Shown piece after piece: positions 17,221 to 27,442 of a stretch of DNA of 57,976 nt. The notes below the pieces were generated by a model that searched no databases, was not told the origin of the DNA, and saw only the letters and a program-made list of their open reading frames with translations. The translations under genes were made by a program, and so were the position numbers. Every line of letters starts with the position of its first letter. The stretch's first letter is position 1. Source of the DNA: Bacteroidota bacterium (GTDB taxonomy: Bacteria; Bacteroidota; Rhodothermia; Rhodothermales; JABDKH01); the NCBI GenBank assembly GCA_020437385.1, contig JAGQWL010000143.1:1-57976 (forward strand). Direction: 5' to 3'.

Positions 17221-19056
17221 TCACAGTTCGGTATCCGGCCCAAACGACTCAACAACCTGCACAAAATGATGCAGGAAGGACGATGCCATGGCGCCATCGA
17301 TGATCCGATGATCGTACGAAAGCGACACATACATCATGTTGCGAATCGTAATAACATCGCCGAGGTTCGGGTCTTCGACGACCACGGGACGCTTCTTGAT
17401 GGCACCGGTAGCCAGAATTGCGACCTGCGGCTGGGCAATGATGGGCGTCCCCATGATCGACCCGAGCGACCCGATGTTGGTAACCGTGAACGTACCTCCC
17501 TGCAGGTCATCCGGCTGAAGCTGACGGCTGCGGGCACGATCGGCCAGGTTTGCGGCCTCGCGGGCGAGTCCCGCAATGTTCTTGTGTCCCGCATATCGGA
17601 TCACCGGCACAACGAGACCAGCCTTTCCGATCGCCACGGCAATCCCCACATGGAAATCCTTCTTCATGAGAATCCGGGTACCCTCAACCGACGAGTTCAT
17701 TATCGGGTGGGCACGTAGCGCGTCGACGGCAGCGTGAACAAAGAACGGGGTGTACGTGAGCTTGATTCCTTCCCGCTCGAGGAACGCCTTCTTCTGCGAT
17801 TCGCGCAGCTTGACCAGATTGGTCAGGTCAGCCTCTGCAAACGACGTTACGTGAGCCGATGTCTGCTTCGACTGGATCATGTGCTGTGCGATGATCTGCC
17901 GCATCCGATCCATCTCGACGACCTCAACGCGATCACCTGCCTCGACGGGCGGAGCCGAAACCGGCGGCGGGGCCGGTGCAGCAGGACGCTGCGACGGTGC
18001 GGGCTGCGACGACGCAGGCTGCGGCCGGGCCGGCGCGGCCTGTTCGACGGCCGTCGCCTGCCCCTGACTGCCTTGTTCAGGCGCCGCCTCGCCTCGACTC
18101 GCGAGATAGTCCATCACATCCGACTTTGTCACTCGACCGTCGTGTCCACTTCCGCTAATTGACTGAAGCTCCGAGGGACTGAGTCCTTCCTTCATTGCGA
18201 TCGAGCGAACCAGCGGCGAGAGGAACCGGCCGTCTTCCGTCGTCCGCCCGACAACACCGTTGCCTCCAGCGGAAACGTCCGACGTCGCGACCGGAGCCGA
18301 TGACTGGGCGGGGGCGCTCGACGCACTGGCCGGCGGAGAAGCTGATTGTGTTGGCGCGGGAGCCGACTGCACGGTGCCCGGCTGACTGGCACCACCACTG
18401 CCTACCGCAATTTTTGCAATGACGCTGCCGACATCAACCGTGTCGCCCTCCTGAAAGAGTATTTCACTCAGAACACCAGCGACCGGCGACGGAACGTCCG
18501 AGTCTACCTTGTCCGTTGCGATTTCCAGCAGCGTCTCGTCGACATCGATCGATTCGCCGGGTGCCTTGTGCCACTTGGTGATTGTGCCTTCCATGATGCT
18601 TTCGCCCATCTTCGGCATAACAACATCGGCAAGTTCTCCGGATGGCGCGGTCTGCTGCGGAGCGGCGGCAGATTCGGAAGCGGTACGCTCCGGTTCGGGC
18701 GCAGCCGCCGGAGGCGTCGGCTCGGACGCAGGAGTGGCAGCTGCTGGGGCCTGACTGACGGCAGGTGCCTCGCTTGGAGCACCACCATCCCCACCCTGGC
18801 TGACGTCGGCATTCACGTCTGTCTCGATGACGGCAATTGGGGCACCAACCTCGACCGTCTCGCCCTCGCCGACAAGGATTGCCGACACGCGACCCGCCGA
18901 CGGCGACGGCACTTCCGTGTCGACCTTGTCCGTGCCGATTTCGAGAAGTGTTTCGTCAACCTCGATCGTATCGCCGACCTGCTTGCTCCAGGCGATTACG
19001 GTTCCTTCGGTAATACTTTCGCCCATCTTGGGCATCACAACTTGAACTTGGGCCAT
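17221..19056 (-). CDS. 2-oxo acid dehydrogenase E2 component (dihydrolipoamide acyltransferase) with two lipoyl domains
   Basis: It has two lipoyl domains (VVMPKMGESITEGT...LEIGTDKVDTEVPSP and VVMPKMGESIMEGT...LEIATDKVDSDVPSP) joined by Ala/Pro-rich linkers. It also has a subunit-binding domain (FLSPLVRSIAMKEGL...GSGHDGRVTKSDV) and the catalytic SLSYDHRIIDG motif. I prefer the start at ATG 19056 (MAQVQVVMPKMGE) over the track start at 19170. No E1 or E3 gene is adjacent. Confidence 0.93.
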   Translation of the reverse strand: MAQVQVVMPKMGESITEGTVIAWSKQVGDTIEVDETLLEIGTDKVDTEVPSPSAGRVSAILVGEGETVEVGAPIAVIETDVNADVSQGGDGGAPSEAPAVSQAPAAATPASEPTPPAAAPEPERTASESAAAPQQTAPSGELADVVMPKMGESIMEGTITKWHKAPGESIDVDETLLEIATDKVDSDVPSPVAGVLSEILFQEGDTVDVGSVIAKIAVGSGGASQPGTVQSAPAPTQSASPPASASSAPAQSSAPVATSDVSAGGNGVVGRTTEDGRFLSPLVRSIAMKEGLSPSELQSISGSGHDGRVTKSDVMDYLASRGEAAPEQGSQGQATAVEQAAPARPQPASSQPAPSQRPAAPAPPPVSAPPVEAGDRVEVVEMDRMRQIIAQHMIQSKQTSAHVTSFAEADLTNLVKLRESQKKAFLEREGIKLTYTPFFVHAAVDALRAHPIMNSSVEGTRILMKKDFHVGIAVAIGKAGLVVPVIRYAGHKNIAGLAREAANLADRARSRQLQPDDLQGGTFTVTNIGSLGSIMGTPIIAQPQVAILATGAIKKRPVVVEDPNLGDVITIRNMMYVSLSYDHRIIDGAMASSFLHHFVQVVESFGPDTEL

Positions 19057-19167
19057 CTTGGTCGCAGTCGGCTTGAATGGTGGAGGGCGAAATCCAGCGG
19101 CGTAGCGGTCAATATACGCACCGGTGGGCTGTTTGATCGGCACGTATTCGGTTGGCCGGCGAACAAA

Positions 19168-19204
19168 CAAAAAAAGGGGCCCGGCGTATCGCCGAACCCC
19201 TTTC
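19168..19204 (-). terminator. Rho-independent terminator downstream of hppA
   Basis: The minus-strand RNA reads AAAGGGGUUCGGCGAUACGCCGGGCCCCUUUUUUU, a GC-rich hairpin followed by a 7-U run, about 25 nt after the hppA stop. Confidence 0.85.
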
Positions 19205-19227
19205 GTGGAAACAACCTTCCGGCTTGA

Positions 19228-21306
19228 TCAGCGAATCAACGGTGCGATGACGAGTGCCACAACCGCGATCAGCTTGATCAGGATGTTGAGGCTCGGTCCG
19301 CTGGTATCCTTGAGCGGGTCACCGACCGTGTCGCCAACAACTGCGGCCTTGTGCGTGTCGCCGCCCTTGGCGTGCTCAACGCCATTAACCGTAATCGTGC
19401 CCTCAATTCGCTTCTTTGCATTGTCCCATGCGCCACCGGCGTTGGACTGGAAGATCGCGAACAGCACGCCGGAAACAGTCACGCCTGCCAGCAGTCCACC
19501 CAGCATATCCTTGGAGATGAAACCGATCACGACCGGTACAAACACGGCCATGAGACCGGGCAGAATCATTTCCTTGATCGCGGCTTTCGTCGAGATGTCG
19601 ACACAAGTAGCGAAGTCGGCCTTGGCGGTGCCCTCCCTCAGTCCGACAATTTCGCGGAACTGCCTGCCGACTTCCGTGATCATTTCGGAGGCAGCGCGCC
19701 CCACTGCCTTCATTGCCATCGCGCTGAATACGTACGGCAGCATTGCGCCGATGAGAAGGCCGGCCATGATGGTCGGATTTGCGACGTTGATCGAGCCGAC
19801 TTCCGCCTGCTGCATGAAAGCTGCAAACAGCGCTAATGCGGTGAGGGCAGCGGAGCCAATCGCGAAACCTTTGCCAATCGCCGCGGTGGTGTTTCCGACC
19901 GCGTCGAGCGTGTCCGTGCGGCCGCGAACTTCGGCAGGCAGGTGCGCCATTTCCGCGATGCCGCCGGCATTATCCGAAATTGGACCGTACGCATCGACAG
20001 CAAGCTGAATTCCCGTCACCGAAAGCATTCCCAGTGCAGCGATTGCGATACCGTAAAGGTCAGCAAAATGGTGTGCGCCGATGATCGCTCCGGCCAGGAT
20101 GAGCGCCGGAAATCCGGTGGATGCCATTCCTACGCCGAGGCCGGCAATGATGTTGGTCGCCGCGCCCGTTACGCTCTGCTCGGAAATACCAACAACCGGC
20201 TTGCCGTGCAGGGACGTGTAGAACTCCGTGATCAACCCGATGGCGGTACCCGCCGCAAGGCCGATCAGCACTGCCCAGAAAACGCCAAGCGACGTGTACG
20301 ACGTGCCGTCAACACTCCACTCGGCCGGAAGCAGCATCGTGATGATGAAGTACGCAAGTACGGCCATGAGTCCGGCGGCACCGAACTCACCGATGTTCAG
20401 TCCCTTCTGAGGATTGCCTCCCTCCTTCACCGAAACGAAGAACGAGCCAAGGATCGAAACGACGATCCCGACTCCGGCGAGAATCATCGGCAGCAGAATC
20501 GCGGCGAGCGGTTCTCCCGACGCGGCGGTGAGTCCCGGAATAAAGGCGGCACCGAGAACCATCGTGCCGATGATGGAGCCGACGTACGATTCAAAGAGGT
20601 CGGCACCCATGCCTGCAACATCGCCGACATTGTCGCCGACGTTGTCGGCAATCGTAGCAGGATTTCGCGGGTCATCCTCCGGAATCCCCTCGTATACCTT
20701 GCCGGCGAGGTCGGCACCCACGTCGGCCGCCTTCGTGTAGATGCCGCCACCCACTCGGGCGAACAAGGCGATCGACGACGCACCAAGCGAGAAGCCGGAG
20801 ATCACATTGATCACCTTCGCGATATCCCATCCGATCCCATTGTAGGCGATGAAGAGCGAGCCAAGGCCCAGGAGACCCAGACCGACGACACTGAGTCCCA
20901 TGACGAGCCCGCCAGAGAACGCGACGTTGAGAGCCGCACCGAGGCTGTCACGCGCGGCGCTGGTCGTTCGCACATTGGCCTTGGTGGCAACCGTCATTCC
21001 GATAAAACCCGCGAGGCCGGAGCAGAACGCACCAACCACAAACGAAACAGCGATCATCCACGACGACTCGACCTCCTGCGAGTTGGCGAACGCAAGCAGC
21101 GCCGCAACCGCGAGGACGAAGATGATGAGGACGCGGTATTCACGTCGAAGGAAAGCGCGTGCGCCGTCCGCGATGTTCGCGGCGATCTCCTGCATCACGT
21201 CTGTTCCGGCGTCCTGGGCACTGACCCATCGTGCCTTCACAAAGGCGTACAACAGTGCCAGAATACCGGCGGCTGGAATCAGGTATGTTAGCGTCTTAAT
21301 GTCCAT
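19228..21306 (-). CDS. hppA: Membrane-integral pyrophosphate-energised cation pump (K+-dependent-type H+/Na+-PPase)
   Basis: It is a 692-aa polytopic protein with [26 protein letters not shown] and GGAWDNAKK motifs. The [10 protein letters not shown] motif has Ala rather than Lys, which is the published signature of the K+-dependent subfamily. Confidence 0.97.
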   Translation of the reverse strand: MDIKTLTYLIPAAGILALLYAFVKARWVSAQDAGTDVMQEIAANIADGARAFLRREYRVLIIFVLAVAALLAFANSQEVESSWMIAVSFVVGAFCSGLAGFIGMTVATKANVRTTSAARDSLGAALNVAFSGGLVMGLSVVGLGLLGLGSLFIAYNGIGWDIAKVINVISGFSLGASSIALFARVGGGIYTKAADVGADLAGKVYEGIPEDDPRNPATIADNVGDNVGDVAGMGADLFESYVGSIIGTMVLGAAFIPGLTAASGEPLAAILLPMILAGVGIVVSILGSFFVSVKEGGNPQKGLNIGEFGAAGLMAVLAYFIITMLLPAEWSVDGTSYTSLGVFWAVLIGLAAGTAIGLITEFYTSLHGKPVVGISEQSVTGAATNIIAGLGVGMASTGFPALILAGAIIGAHHFADLYGIAIAALGMLSVTGIQLAVDAYGPISDNAGGIAEMAHLPAEVRGRTDTLDAVGNTTAAIGKGFAIGSAALTALALFAAFMQQAEVGSINVANPTIMAGLLIGAMLPYVFSAMAMKAVGRAASEMITEVGRQFREIVGLREGTAKADFATCVDISTKAAIKEMILPGLMAVFVPVVIGFISKDMLGGLLAGVTVSGVLFAIFQSNAGGAWDNAKKRIEGTITVNGVEHAKGGDTHKAAVVGDTVGDPLKDTSGPSLNILIKLIAVVALVIAPLIR

Positions 21307-21679
21307 GAAATCCGTTAGGTACTTTTGGTTTACCTGAATGGTTTTGGTTGATCAGTCGGTCGGCCATTGATGTTGTGCGGTCGACCTGACAAAAACGATA
21401 CCGCGGCCCTGGTCGGCAGAATGCGACGACAGTCGTTTGGCCGCTCACAGAGGTGGGCGCTTCCACTTTGCGTAGTACGCGAAGCCGGGCTCTTCCTGTC
21501 CGAGTACGCAAAAATGTGGGGTACTCGCATCAGCAGCGAAAAAATACGCCTTAACAGGCCACGTTTTCACGCCATTTGCGCATTATTCTTTGGACGATTT
21601 CAAATGATCGTCGTCCGTTTGCAGATTTCGCAGACGGCGGCTCGTCGCAAGTGCCGCGATACCATGTCGTTAGGCCACG

Positions 21680-22267
21680 CTACCCCCTGTTGGCCTCATT
21701 CATCGCCCGGTCGATCCCTTCTCGAACGAACATCAAGACGGCATCGACGGATTTTTCGAAGGCTTCCTCCATAATCGGTTCCTCATCCGACTCGAACCGG
21801 GAGAGGACGTAGTCAGCCTGGCGCCCGCGGCTGAAGTTGTTGCCCACGCCGATTCTCAATCGTGCGAAGTCCGACGATTGCAGCGAATCGATCAGATCCT
21901 CGAGACCGTTGTGCCCACCGGCACCACCACCGGGTCGAAGCCTCACCCTGCCGACCGGAAGATTGATGTCGTCGACGACGACAAGAAGCTGGTCCGGCGT
22001 CAGGCCATGCTTGCTCAGCAGAGCACGTACTGCGGCGCCTGACCGGTTGACGTAAGTCGTCGGCTTTGCAAGGAGAACCTTTCTCCCACGATAGGACCCC
22101 ATGCCCGACAACGCATTAGACCCGAATAGCTCAACCGGAATCGAGGTCTTCGAAGCCAGCCTGTCGATCACATCGAATCCGACGTTATGCCGGGTACCGT
22201 CATACTCGGGCCCCGGGTTTCCGAGGCCCACAACCATCCGGCCATTCGAAGGCATTCCGGGCGACAC
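21680..22267 (-). CDS. pth: Peptidyl-tRNA hydrolase
   Basis: It carries VVGLGNPGPEYDGTRHNVGF and LRPGGGAGGHNGL. The GTG at 22267 directly abuts the rplY stop. ATG codons at 22255 or 22237 are equally plausible starts. Confidence 0.93.
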   Translation of the reverse strand: MSPGMPSNGRMVVGLGNPGPEYDGTRHNVGFDVIDRLASKTSIPVELFGSNALSGMGSYRGRKVLLAKPTTYVNRSGAAVRALLSKHGLTPDQLLVVVDDINLPVGRVRLRPGGGAGGHNGLEDLIDSLQSSDFARLRIGVGNNFSRGRQADYVLSRFESDEEPIMEEAFEKSVDAVLMFVREGIDRAMNEANRG

Positions 22268-22909
22268 CTACTCCTCGGCTTCGCCTTCGGTCGCTTCCTC
22301 GAGACCTTCTTCGCCTTCTTCTCCTTCCAGTCCTTCCTCTCCCTCACCTTCTTCCGGTAGATCGGCAACCTTCTTCGTTGTCACGGAAACGACCGATTGC
22401 TGAGGCGGTGAGACAATCTCGACATCCGGGAACGAGAGATCCTCCATGTGGAGCGTATCACCAATCTGCAGTGGCGTGACGTCGACTTCCAGGTGATCCG
22501 GGATGTCTTTCGGCAGAACCAGGATTTCGATTTCGTGCGTGAGGAAGTGGATCTCACCACCTTCAATCTGTCCGACAGCTTTTCCGACGAACTGTATCGG
22601 AACCGAAAGCTGAAACTTCTCGCCGGCACGCAGCAGTTGGAAGTCCGCATGCAGCGGCATATCCATTACCGGATGGAAGGAGACGTCCTTGAGGATGCAA
22701 TCGTATGACTTACCGTCGAGGTCGAGTGAAAGTCGGTGTACCTCGGAGGTATAGACGAGCCGTCGCAGGGCCAGCTCCTCCACCTGAAAGTGAAGGGTTT
22801 CACTGTCGTGTCCATAGAGTACACACGGGACCTGCTTGTTATTTCTGACTTCTTTTGCGGCCGTCTTGCCTGTCGCTCGGGGGCTCGCCTTTAGGGTAAT
22901 GATATCCAT
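22268..22909 (-). CDS. rplY: 50S ribosomal protein L25 / general stress protein Ctc
   Basis: It carries LKASPRATGKTAAKEVRNNKQVPCVLYG and an acidic C-terminal tail. It sits in the conserved prs-rplY-pth arrangement. Confidence 0.92.
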   Translation of the reverse strand: MDIITLKASPRATGKTAAKEVRNNKQVPCVLYGHDSETLHFQVEELALRRLVYTSEVHRLSLDLDGKSYDCILKDVSFHPVMDMPLHADFQLLRAGEKFQLSVPIQFVGKAVGQIEGGEIHFLTHEIEILVLPKDIPDHLEVDVTPLQIGDTLHMEDLSFPDVEIVSPPQQSVVSVTTKKVADLPEEGEGEEGLEGEEGEEGLEEATEGEAEE

Positions 22910-22942
22910 TGGAGGAACTAGTGAGTGGGTCCGAACTGTCCG

Positions 22943-23881
22943 TCACGGGACAAACAGCGTCGAAACCGAGTGGTCATGTGAAATCCTTCGAATCGCGTCT
23001 GCGAAAATGTCCGCCACGCTGACAACTTCGATTTTGCTCGAATAGCCGCGAAGCGGGATCGTATCGGTTACAATCAGTCGGCTGATGACAGAGTCGTCGA
23101 TCCGCTGATAGGCCGGTCCGGAAAGGACCGGATGGGTGCACGCCGCCATCACGTCGCGGGCGCCGCTCTTTCGGAGCGCATTCGCCGCAGTTGTCAGCGT
23201 ACCGGCCGTATCGATAATATCGTCGATGAGGAGGACGCTCTTGTCTTCGACCTCACCGATGATGTTCATTACTTCGGCTTCGTTCTGTGTGGGCCGCCGC
23301 TTGTCAATCACGGCAAGGTCTGCTCCCAGACGTTTGGCGTACGCGCGAGCCACCTTCAGCGAGCCGACATCGGGGGCGACAACCACAAGCGGACCCGGAA
23401 AGTCGATCGACTGCAGGTAGTCAGCGAAGACGGCGGAACCGTAGAGATGATCGACGGGCACGTCGAAGAAGCCCTGAATCTGCGGCGCATGCAGGTCCAT
23501 TGTCAGCACGCGATCGATGCCGGCATTGGTCAGCATGTTCGCCATCAGCTTTGCCGCAATCGACACACGCGGCTGATCCTTTCGTTCCTGGCGTGCGTAG
23601 CCGAAATAAGGAATGACGGCCGTGACGCGATCAGCGGATGCTCGCTTCGCAGCGTCGATCATCAGGAACAACTCCATCCAGTTGTCGCCGCGCGGATGGG
23701 TACTCTGAATCACGTACAGGTCCGTACCGCGGATCGACTCCTCGAAGCGGACATAGATCTCCCCATCCGAAAAATTCTTGAGGGTGACCGCACCGAGCGG
23801 CTGACCAAACGAATCCGCGATGCGCTCACCGAGGACGCGATTGGATCGGCCAGAAAAAATGGTTAAAGGTCGTTCCGACAT
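22943..23881 (-). CDS. prs: Ribose-phosphate pyrophosphokinase (PRPP synthetase)
   Basis: It carries IFSGRSNRVLGERIA, YFGYARQERKD, LTMDLHAPQIQGFF and VLLIDDIIDTAGTL. Confidence 0.97.
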   Translation of the reverse strand: MSERPLTIFSGRSNRVLGERIADSFGQPLGAVTLKNFSDGEIYVRFEESIRGTDLYVIQSTHPRGDNWMELFLMIDAAKRASADRVTAVIPYFGYARQERKDQPRVSIAAKLMANMLTNAGIDRVLTMDLHAPQIQGFFDVPVDHLYGSAVFADYLQSIDFPGPLVVVAPDVGSLKVARAYAKRLGADLAVIDKRRPTQNEAEVMNIIGEVEDKSVLLIDDIIDTAGTLTTAANALRKSGARDVMAACTHPVLSGPAYQRIDDSVISRLIVTDTIPLRGYSSKIEVVSVADIFADAIRRISHDHSVSTLFVP

Positions 23882-23944
23882 GAGTACACTGGTCGGCCGT
23901 TCGCGACGGACGAGAGGAGAAACTGCTGATGCTGGTTCTATTTT

Positions 23945-24005
23945 GAATCGATTCCTTCCGGATCGATTCCTTCCGGATCGATTTCTTTGCGGATCGATTT
24001 CAGAG
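23945..24005. repeat. Tandem 15-16-bp repeat (about 4 units), each unit containing an ATCGAT palindrome
   Basis: The units are gaatcgattccttccg / gatcgattccttccg / gatcgatttctttgcg / gatcgatttcagag. The array directly abuts the 3' end of tRNA-Gln and lies 64-124 nt upstream of the prs start. Confidence 0.9.
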
Positions 24006-24076
24006 CTGCCCGGGGAGGACTCGAACCTCCACCGACGGCTCCAAAGGCCGCTGTCCTGCCATTAGACGACCGGGCA
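24006..24076 (-). tRNA. tRNA-Gln (anticodon UUG)
   Basis: The reverse complement TGCCCGGTCGTCTAATGGCAGGACAGCGGCCTTTGGAGCCGTCGGTGGAGGTTCGAGTCCTCCCCGGGCAG folds as a cloverleaf. The acceptor stem is TGCCCGG/CCGGGCA, the anticodon stem GCGGC/GCCGT with loop CTTTGGA, and the T arm GGAGG-TTCGAGT-CCTCC. No CCA end is encoded. Confidence 0.92.
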
Positions 24077-24432
24077 CGATGCGTCGAGGCAACCCTACCG
24101 ACATCAACCAAACGTCGACGCCTGAGTCTGTCGCCTCGATCTGAAACCGACAAGCCGAGCCCGAATCCTACGCGACGCGCTGGCGATCTACGTATACCGA
24201 AAGCCGCGCGGGACCATCAGGCCGGACCGATCACTTTCGAAACCATCCGGAAACACTTTTGAAAGCCCAGAGAACCTGGAAAACCCGGCCGAGCTAGCTA
24301 GGAAAAATACGCATTCCGGCCCTTCAATGCCACAAACGCTTTGCGACCAAATCTGACGGGGCCAACTTCGGCCATGGTTCCGGGGACCAATCCCTCCGGG
24401 CGGCGTTATCAAAGGGTCACGAATCGAGCATT

Positions 24433-25104
24433 ATGGAACCGAAACGCGTCCTCAGCCAGGCCGTCGAAGATTATCTGAAGACGATCTACAAGCTGCAATC
24501 CCCGACATTTGCCTCGACCTCCGAAATCGCTCGCTCCCTGGGCGTGTCGCCGGCGTCGGCGACCAACATGGCCAAACGTCTCGACTCCATGGGCCTCGCG
24601 CGTTATCGGTCATACCAGGGTGTCGAACTCACAGAGGCCGGGACACGAATCGCCCTGGAGGTCGTCCGGCACCATCGGCTGCTGGAAACGTATCTGAAGG
24701 AGGTCATGGGGTACTCCTGGGAAGAGATGCACCGGGAAGCAGAGCACCTCGAGCATCATATTTCGGAGGAGTTCGAGGACCGAATCGAACAGCTGCTCGG
24801 CTATCCGACGCATGACCCGCATGGGCATCCCATTCCGGGGCGCGACGGCTCGATCCCCCCGACCCTTGCTGAACCGCTTGGTGCTGACCACGAGGCCTCC
24901 GAGGTCATTATTCGCCGCGTTTCCGACTCGGACCCCGCCATCCTCCACGAACTCGAGGCACTTGGACTGATGCCCGGCACAACTGTCGCCGTCGGGAGCG
25001 TGAGCGACGCAAGTGTTCAAATAACGTCGGGCTCCGTCTCCCGCAGTATTCCGCTCGACCTGGCCGCGTGTATCTTTGTTGAGCCGCACGACGCAGCTTC
25101 GTAG
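24433..25104 (+). CDS. DtxR/MntR-family metal-dependent transcriptional repressor with C-terminal FeoA/SH3-like domain
   Basis: It has a winged-HTH N-terminus (AVEDYLKTIYKL...TSEIARSLGVSPASATNMAKRLDSMGL), a dimerisation and metal-binding region (HHRLLETYL...HISEEFEDRIEQLLGYPTHDPHGHPIP), and a C-terminal FeoA-like segment. Confidence 0.9.
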   Translation: MEPKRVLSQAVEDYLKTIYKLQSPTFASTSEIARSLGVSPASATNMAKRLDSMGLARYRSYQGVELTEAGTRIALEVVRHHRLLETYLKEVMGYSWEEMHREAEHLEHHISEEFEDRIEQLLGYPTHDPHGHPIPGRDGSIPPTLAEPLGADHEASEVIIRRVSDSDPAILHELEALGLMPGTTVAVGSVSDASVQITSGSVSRSIPLDLAACIFVEPHDAAS

Positions 25105-25155
25105 CGCCCCCGCGCAGCTCCAACATCCCTCAACCTCACCGCCAATCTGATAATC

Positions 25156-26349
25156 ATGGCGCCTCCTCTCGCCCGCCGAACCGATAGTCTTGTCCAAAGT
25201 GAGATCCGTGCGATCAGCAAGCAGGTAAACGATGTTGGCGGCATCAACCTTGGTCAGGGTATCTGCGACATGCCGACACCCGAGCCGATCCGCCTTGCAG
25301 CCCGTCAGGCAATCGAAGCCAACAAGTCGATCTATTCCAACTATGCCGGGATCGCCGCGCTTCGAGAGAGCATCGCGCGGAAGAGCCAGTCGTACAACCG
25401 CATTCCACTCGACTCGGTGGAGCAGATTGTAGTGTCAGCGGGTTCTACGGGCGCCTTCACAGCCGCCGCGCTGACGCTTCTAAACCCGGGGGACGAGGTC
25501 GTTCTGTTCGAACCCTACTACGGCTATCACCGCCTGATCCTGCAGACGCTTGGCTTTGGGCTGCGCTTCGCACCGCTGGTTCGTCCGGGATGGGCCATTC
25601 AGTGGAAGGTCCTCGAAGATGCGATCACTCCGGCCACTCGTGCGATCGTCGTGACAACGCCATCCAATCCCAGTGGCAAAGTCTGGTCCCGTGCGGATCT
25701 CGAACGCCTGCTTTCGATTGCGGACGAGCACGATCTGTTCGTCATCACCGATGAGATCTACGAGTACATGCTTTACGACGGTCGCGAACACGTCTCTCTG
25801 GCGTCACTGCCGGGGGCGATGGACCGAACGATCACGATCTCGGGTTTTTCGAAGACCTTCAATATGACCGGTTGGCGACTCGGCTACGCCATTGCTCCCG
25901 CTCCGATTGCCGACAAGATCGGTTTGATGAACGACCTGCTGTATATCTGTGCACCGACTCCGCTGCAGCACGGAGTCGCCGGCGCCTTCGACCTGCCGGA
26001 ATCGTATTTCTCGGAAATGATCGAGCAGTATTCGGCCAAGCGGAAGCTGATCTGTCAGTCTCTGGAGAGGTCCGGATTCGAGTTCGACTGGCCCGAAGGT
26101 GCCTACTACGTGCTGGCCGGTTTTGAGCCCTTGAGCCGGAGACGGTCGGGGTTTGATGACGACGCCCAGGCCTGCCAGACCCTTATCGCGGATGCGGGCA
26201 TTGGAACGGTGCGCGGCGCCTCCTTCTTCAACGACCCGGACGACGGTCGCTTCTTGTTGCGCTTCTGCTTCGCGAAGGAACTACCGATACTCGAAGAGGC
26301 CTGCCAGAATCTTGAGCGAGCATTCGCGCCGACGCGCGTTGGCACCTAG
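25156..26349 (+). CDS. Pyridoxal-phosphate-dependent aminotransferase, class I/II
   Basis: It carries INLGQGICDMPTP, ITDEIYEYMLYDG and the Schiff-base lysine context SGFSKTFNMTGWRLGY. Substrate specificity cannot be determined from the sequence. Confidence 0.9.
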   Translation: MAPPLARRTDSLVQSEIRAISKQVNDVGGINLGQGICDMPTPEPIRLAARQAIEANKSIYSNYAGIAALRESIARKSQSYNRIPLDSVEQIVVSAGSTGAFTAAALTLLNPGDEVVLFEPYYGYHRLILQTLGFGLRFAPLVRPGWAIQWKVLEDAITPATRAIVVTTPSNPSGKVWSRADLERLLSIADEHDLFVITDEIYEYMLYDGREHVSLASLPGAMDRTITISGFSKTFNMTGWRLGYAIAPAPIADKIGLMNDLLYICAPTPLQHGVAGAFDLPESYFSEMIEQYSAKRKLICQSLERSGFEFDWPEGAYYVLAGFEPLSRRRSGFDDDAQACQTLIADAGIGTVRGASFFNDPDDGRFLLRFCFAKELPILEEACQNLERAFAPTRVGT

Positions 26350-27350
26350 CCGTTGGCCGGCGCCGCCACTCCGATTCGCCGCAGTTCTCTCAGCACCGAG
26401 TCGTGGAGGACACCGTTTGTCGCAATGACACCCCGGTTGTTCTCAAGACCGCGTCCGCGCGTGAAGTCAAGCGGTTTGCCGTCAATGTCGGTCACTTTTC
26501 CACCAGCTTCGACGATCACCAGCATCCCTGCGGCGTGATCCCAGATGCGTTCGACGTACCCGGGACGGGTCGGAAGCCGCATGTAGATGTCGGCATCGCC
26601 ACGGGCAACTACCGCGTACTTCGCCTGACTGTCGAGTCGGACCGACGGCTGCGTGATTCCAAGACCGCTTGCAACTTCCGCCGCGTCATCATGAGAGCTG
26701 TGACCACTTTCGACAGATTCGCAGAAGCGCGCTTCGGACGAGTCTGCCAGCGCACTTACCGAAACAGCGACGGTCTGCTTGTTGTCGAGTTCGTGGGCTT
26801 CAACGCCGGCACCCCTGACGGCAGCGAAGACGAGGCCCGCGCGGTCATCGCCTTCTTCTACCGGCAGATTCGGACAGCACAACGCGGCGACCTGCACTTC
26901 TCCATCCTCGATCAGTGCAAGTGCGATTGCATACTGCTCATTCCGAAGGAATCCCTTCGTACCGTCAATCGGATCGAGCGTCCAGAATCGACTGCCGTGC
27001 GCCTTGTCTCCACCACGATCGATCCAAGACAGCACCTCGGCCTCCGAAGCACCTGACACGTGGCTCGACACATACTCGACTACCCGGGACTTGATGGCCT
27101 CGTTGCCCGTTTCACGAAGCACGTCACCATCCTCCTCCCCAACGACCGGGTCGTCAGGAAAATGGGCTGCCAGCGTACGGCACACGATCGCCTGACTTCC
27201 AAAATCTGCAACGGTTACAGGACTTCGATCCGCCTTTTCAAGTACACCGCGGCCGATCGCCTGCTGTACTTCGCGGCAGAGTGCGGCCGAGGCCGTGACC
27301 GCCTCGATCGCGGCTCGAAGTTCAGCCTGGTAGCTAGTTTCCTCGATCAA
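26346..27350 (-). CDS. 3'(2'),5'-bisphosphate nucleotidase (PAP phosphatase), HAL2/SAL1-like long form
   Basis: It carries inositol-monophosphatase-fold motifs (SPVTVADFGSQ, FWTLDPIDGTKGFLR, WDHAAG). At 334 aa, and with the WxLDPIDGTKGF string, it resembles the HAL2 type more than the short CysQ type. Confidence 0.88.
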   Translation of the reverse strand: MIEETSYQAELRAAIEAVTASAALCREVQQAIGRGVLEKADRSPVTVADFGSQAIVCRTLAAHFPDDPVVGEEDGDVLRETGNEAIKSRVVEYVSSHVSGASEAEVLSWIDRGGDKAHGSRFWTLDPIDGTKGFLRNEQYAIALALIEDGEVQVAALCCPNLPVEEGDDRAGLVFAAVRGAGVEAHELDNKQTVAVSVSALADSSEARFCESVESGHSSHDDAAEVASGLGITQPSVRLDSQAKYAVVARGDADIYMRLPTRPGYVERIWDHAAGMLVIVEAGGKVTDIDGKPLDFTRGRGLENNRGVIATNGVLHDSVLRELRRIGVAAPANG

Positions 27351-27442
27351 TTATCTCCTCCAGATCATGGTGTCGGATGCAACAGTGCTCAATGATAGAG
27401 AATTCGGGCGATTGCTGCCCGGAGATGGCGTGACCAGATTGG

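Noticed and set aside
19942-21291. 449-aa plus-strand ORF
   Set aside because: It is antisense to hppA. Its product is extremely Arg/Asp/Glu-rich and lacks the hydrophobic pattern of a real protein.
21307-21679. 373-bp gap between pth and hppA, checked as a possible ncRNA locus
   Set aside because: It has only a 7-bp hairpin (CGAGTAC...GTACTCG near 21500-21529) and scattered GTACGC repeats. I saw no match to tmRNA, SRP, RNase P or 6S signatures. It is most simply the hppA promoter and 5' UTR plus the pth 3' region. An Rfam scan would settle it.
24077-24432. 356-bp gap between tRNA-Gln and the DtxR-family gene, checked for ncRNA and metal-repressor operators
   Set aside because: I saw no recognisable DtxR/IdeR or MntR palindrome and no conserved RNA motif. 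It is probably two divergent promoters.
26346-26349. Convergent genes sharing overlapping stop codons (CTAG). Several other convergent pairs are separated by only 6-11 bp with no terminator (16193-16198, 35348-35358, 49723-49730, 54529-54536, 56711-56719).
   Set aside because: This is consistent with general genome compaction and is not evidence of a specific regulatory feature.
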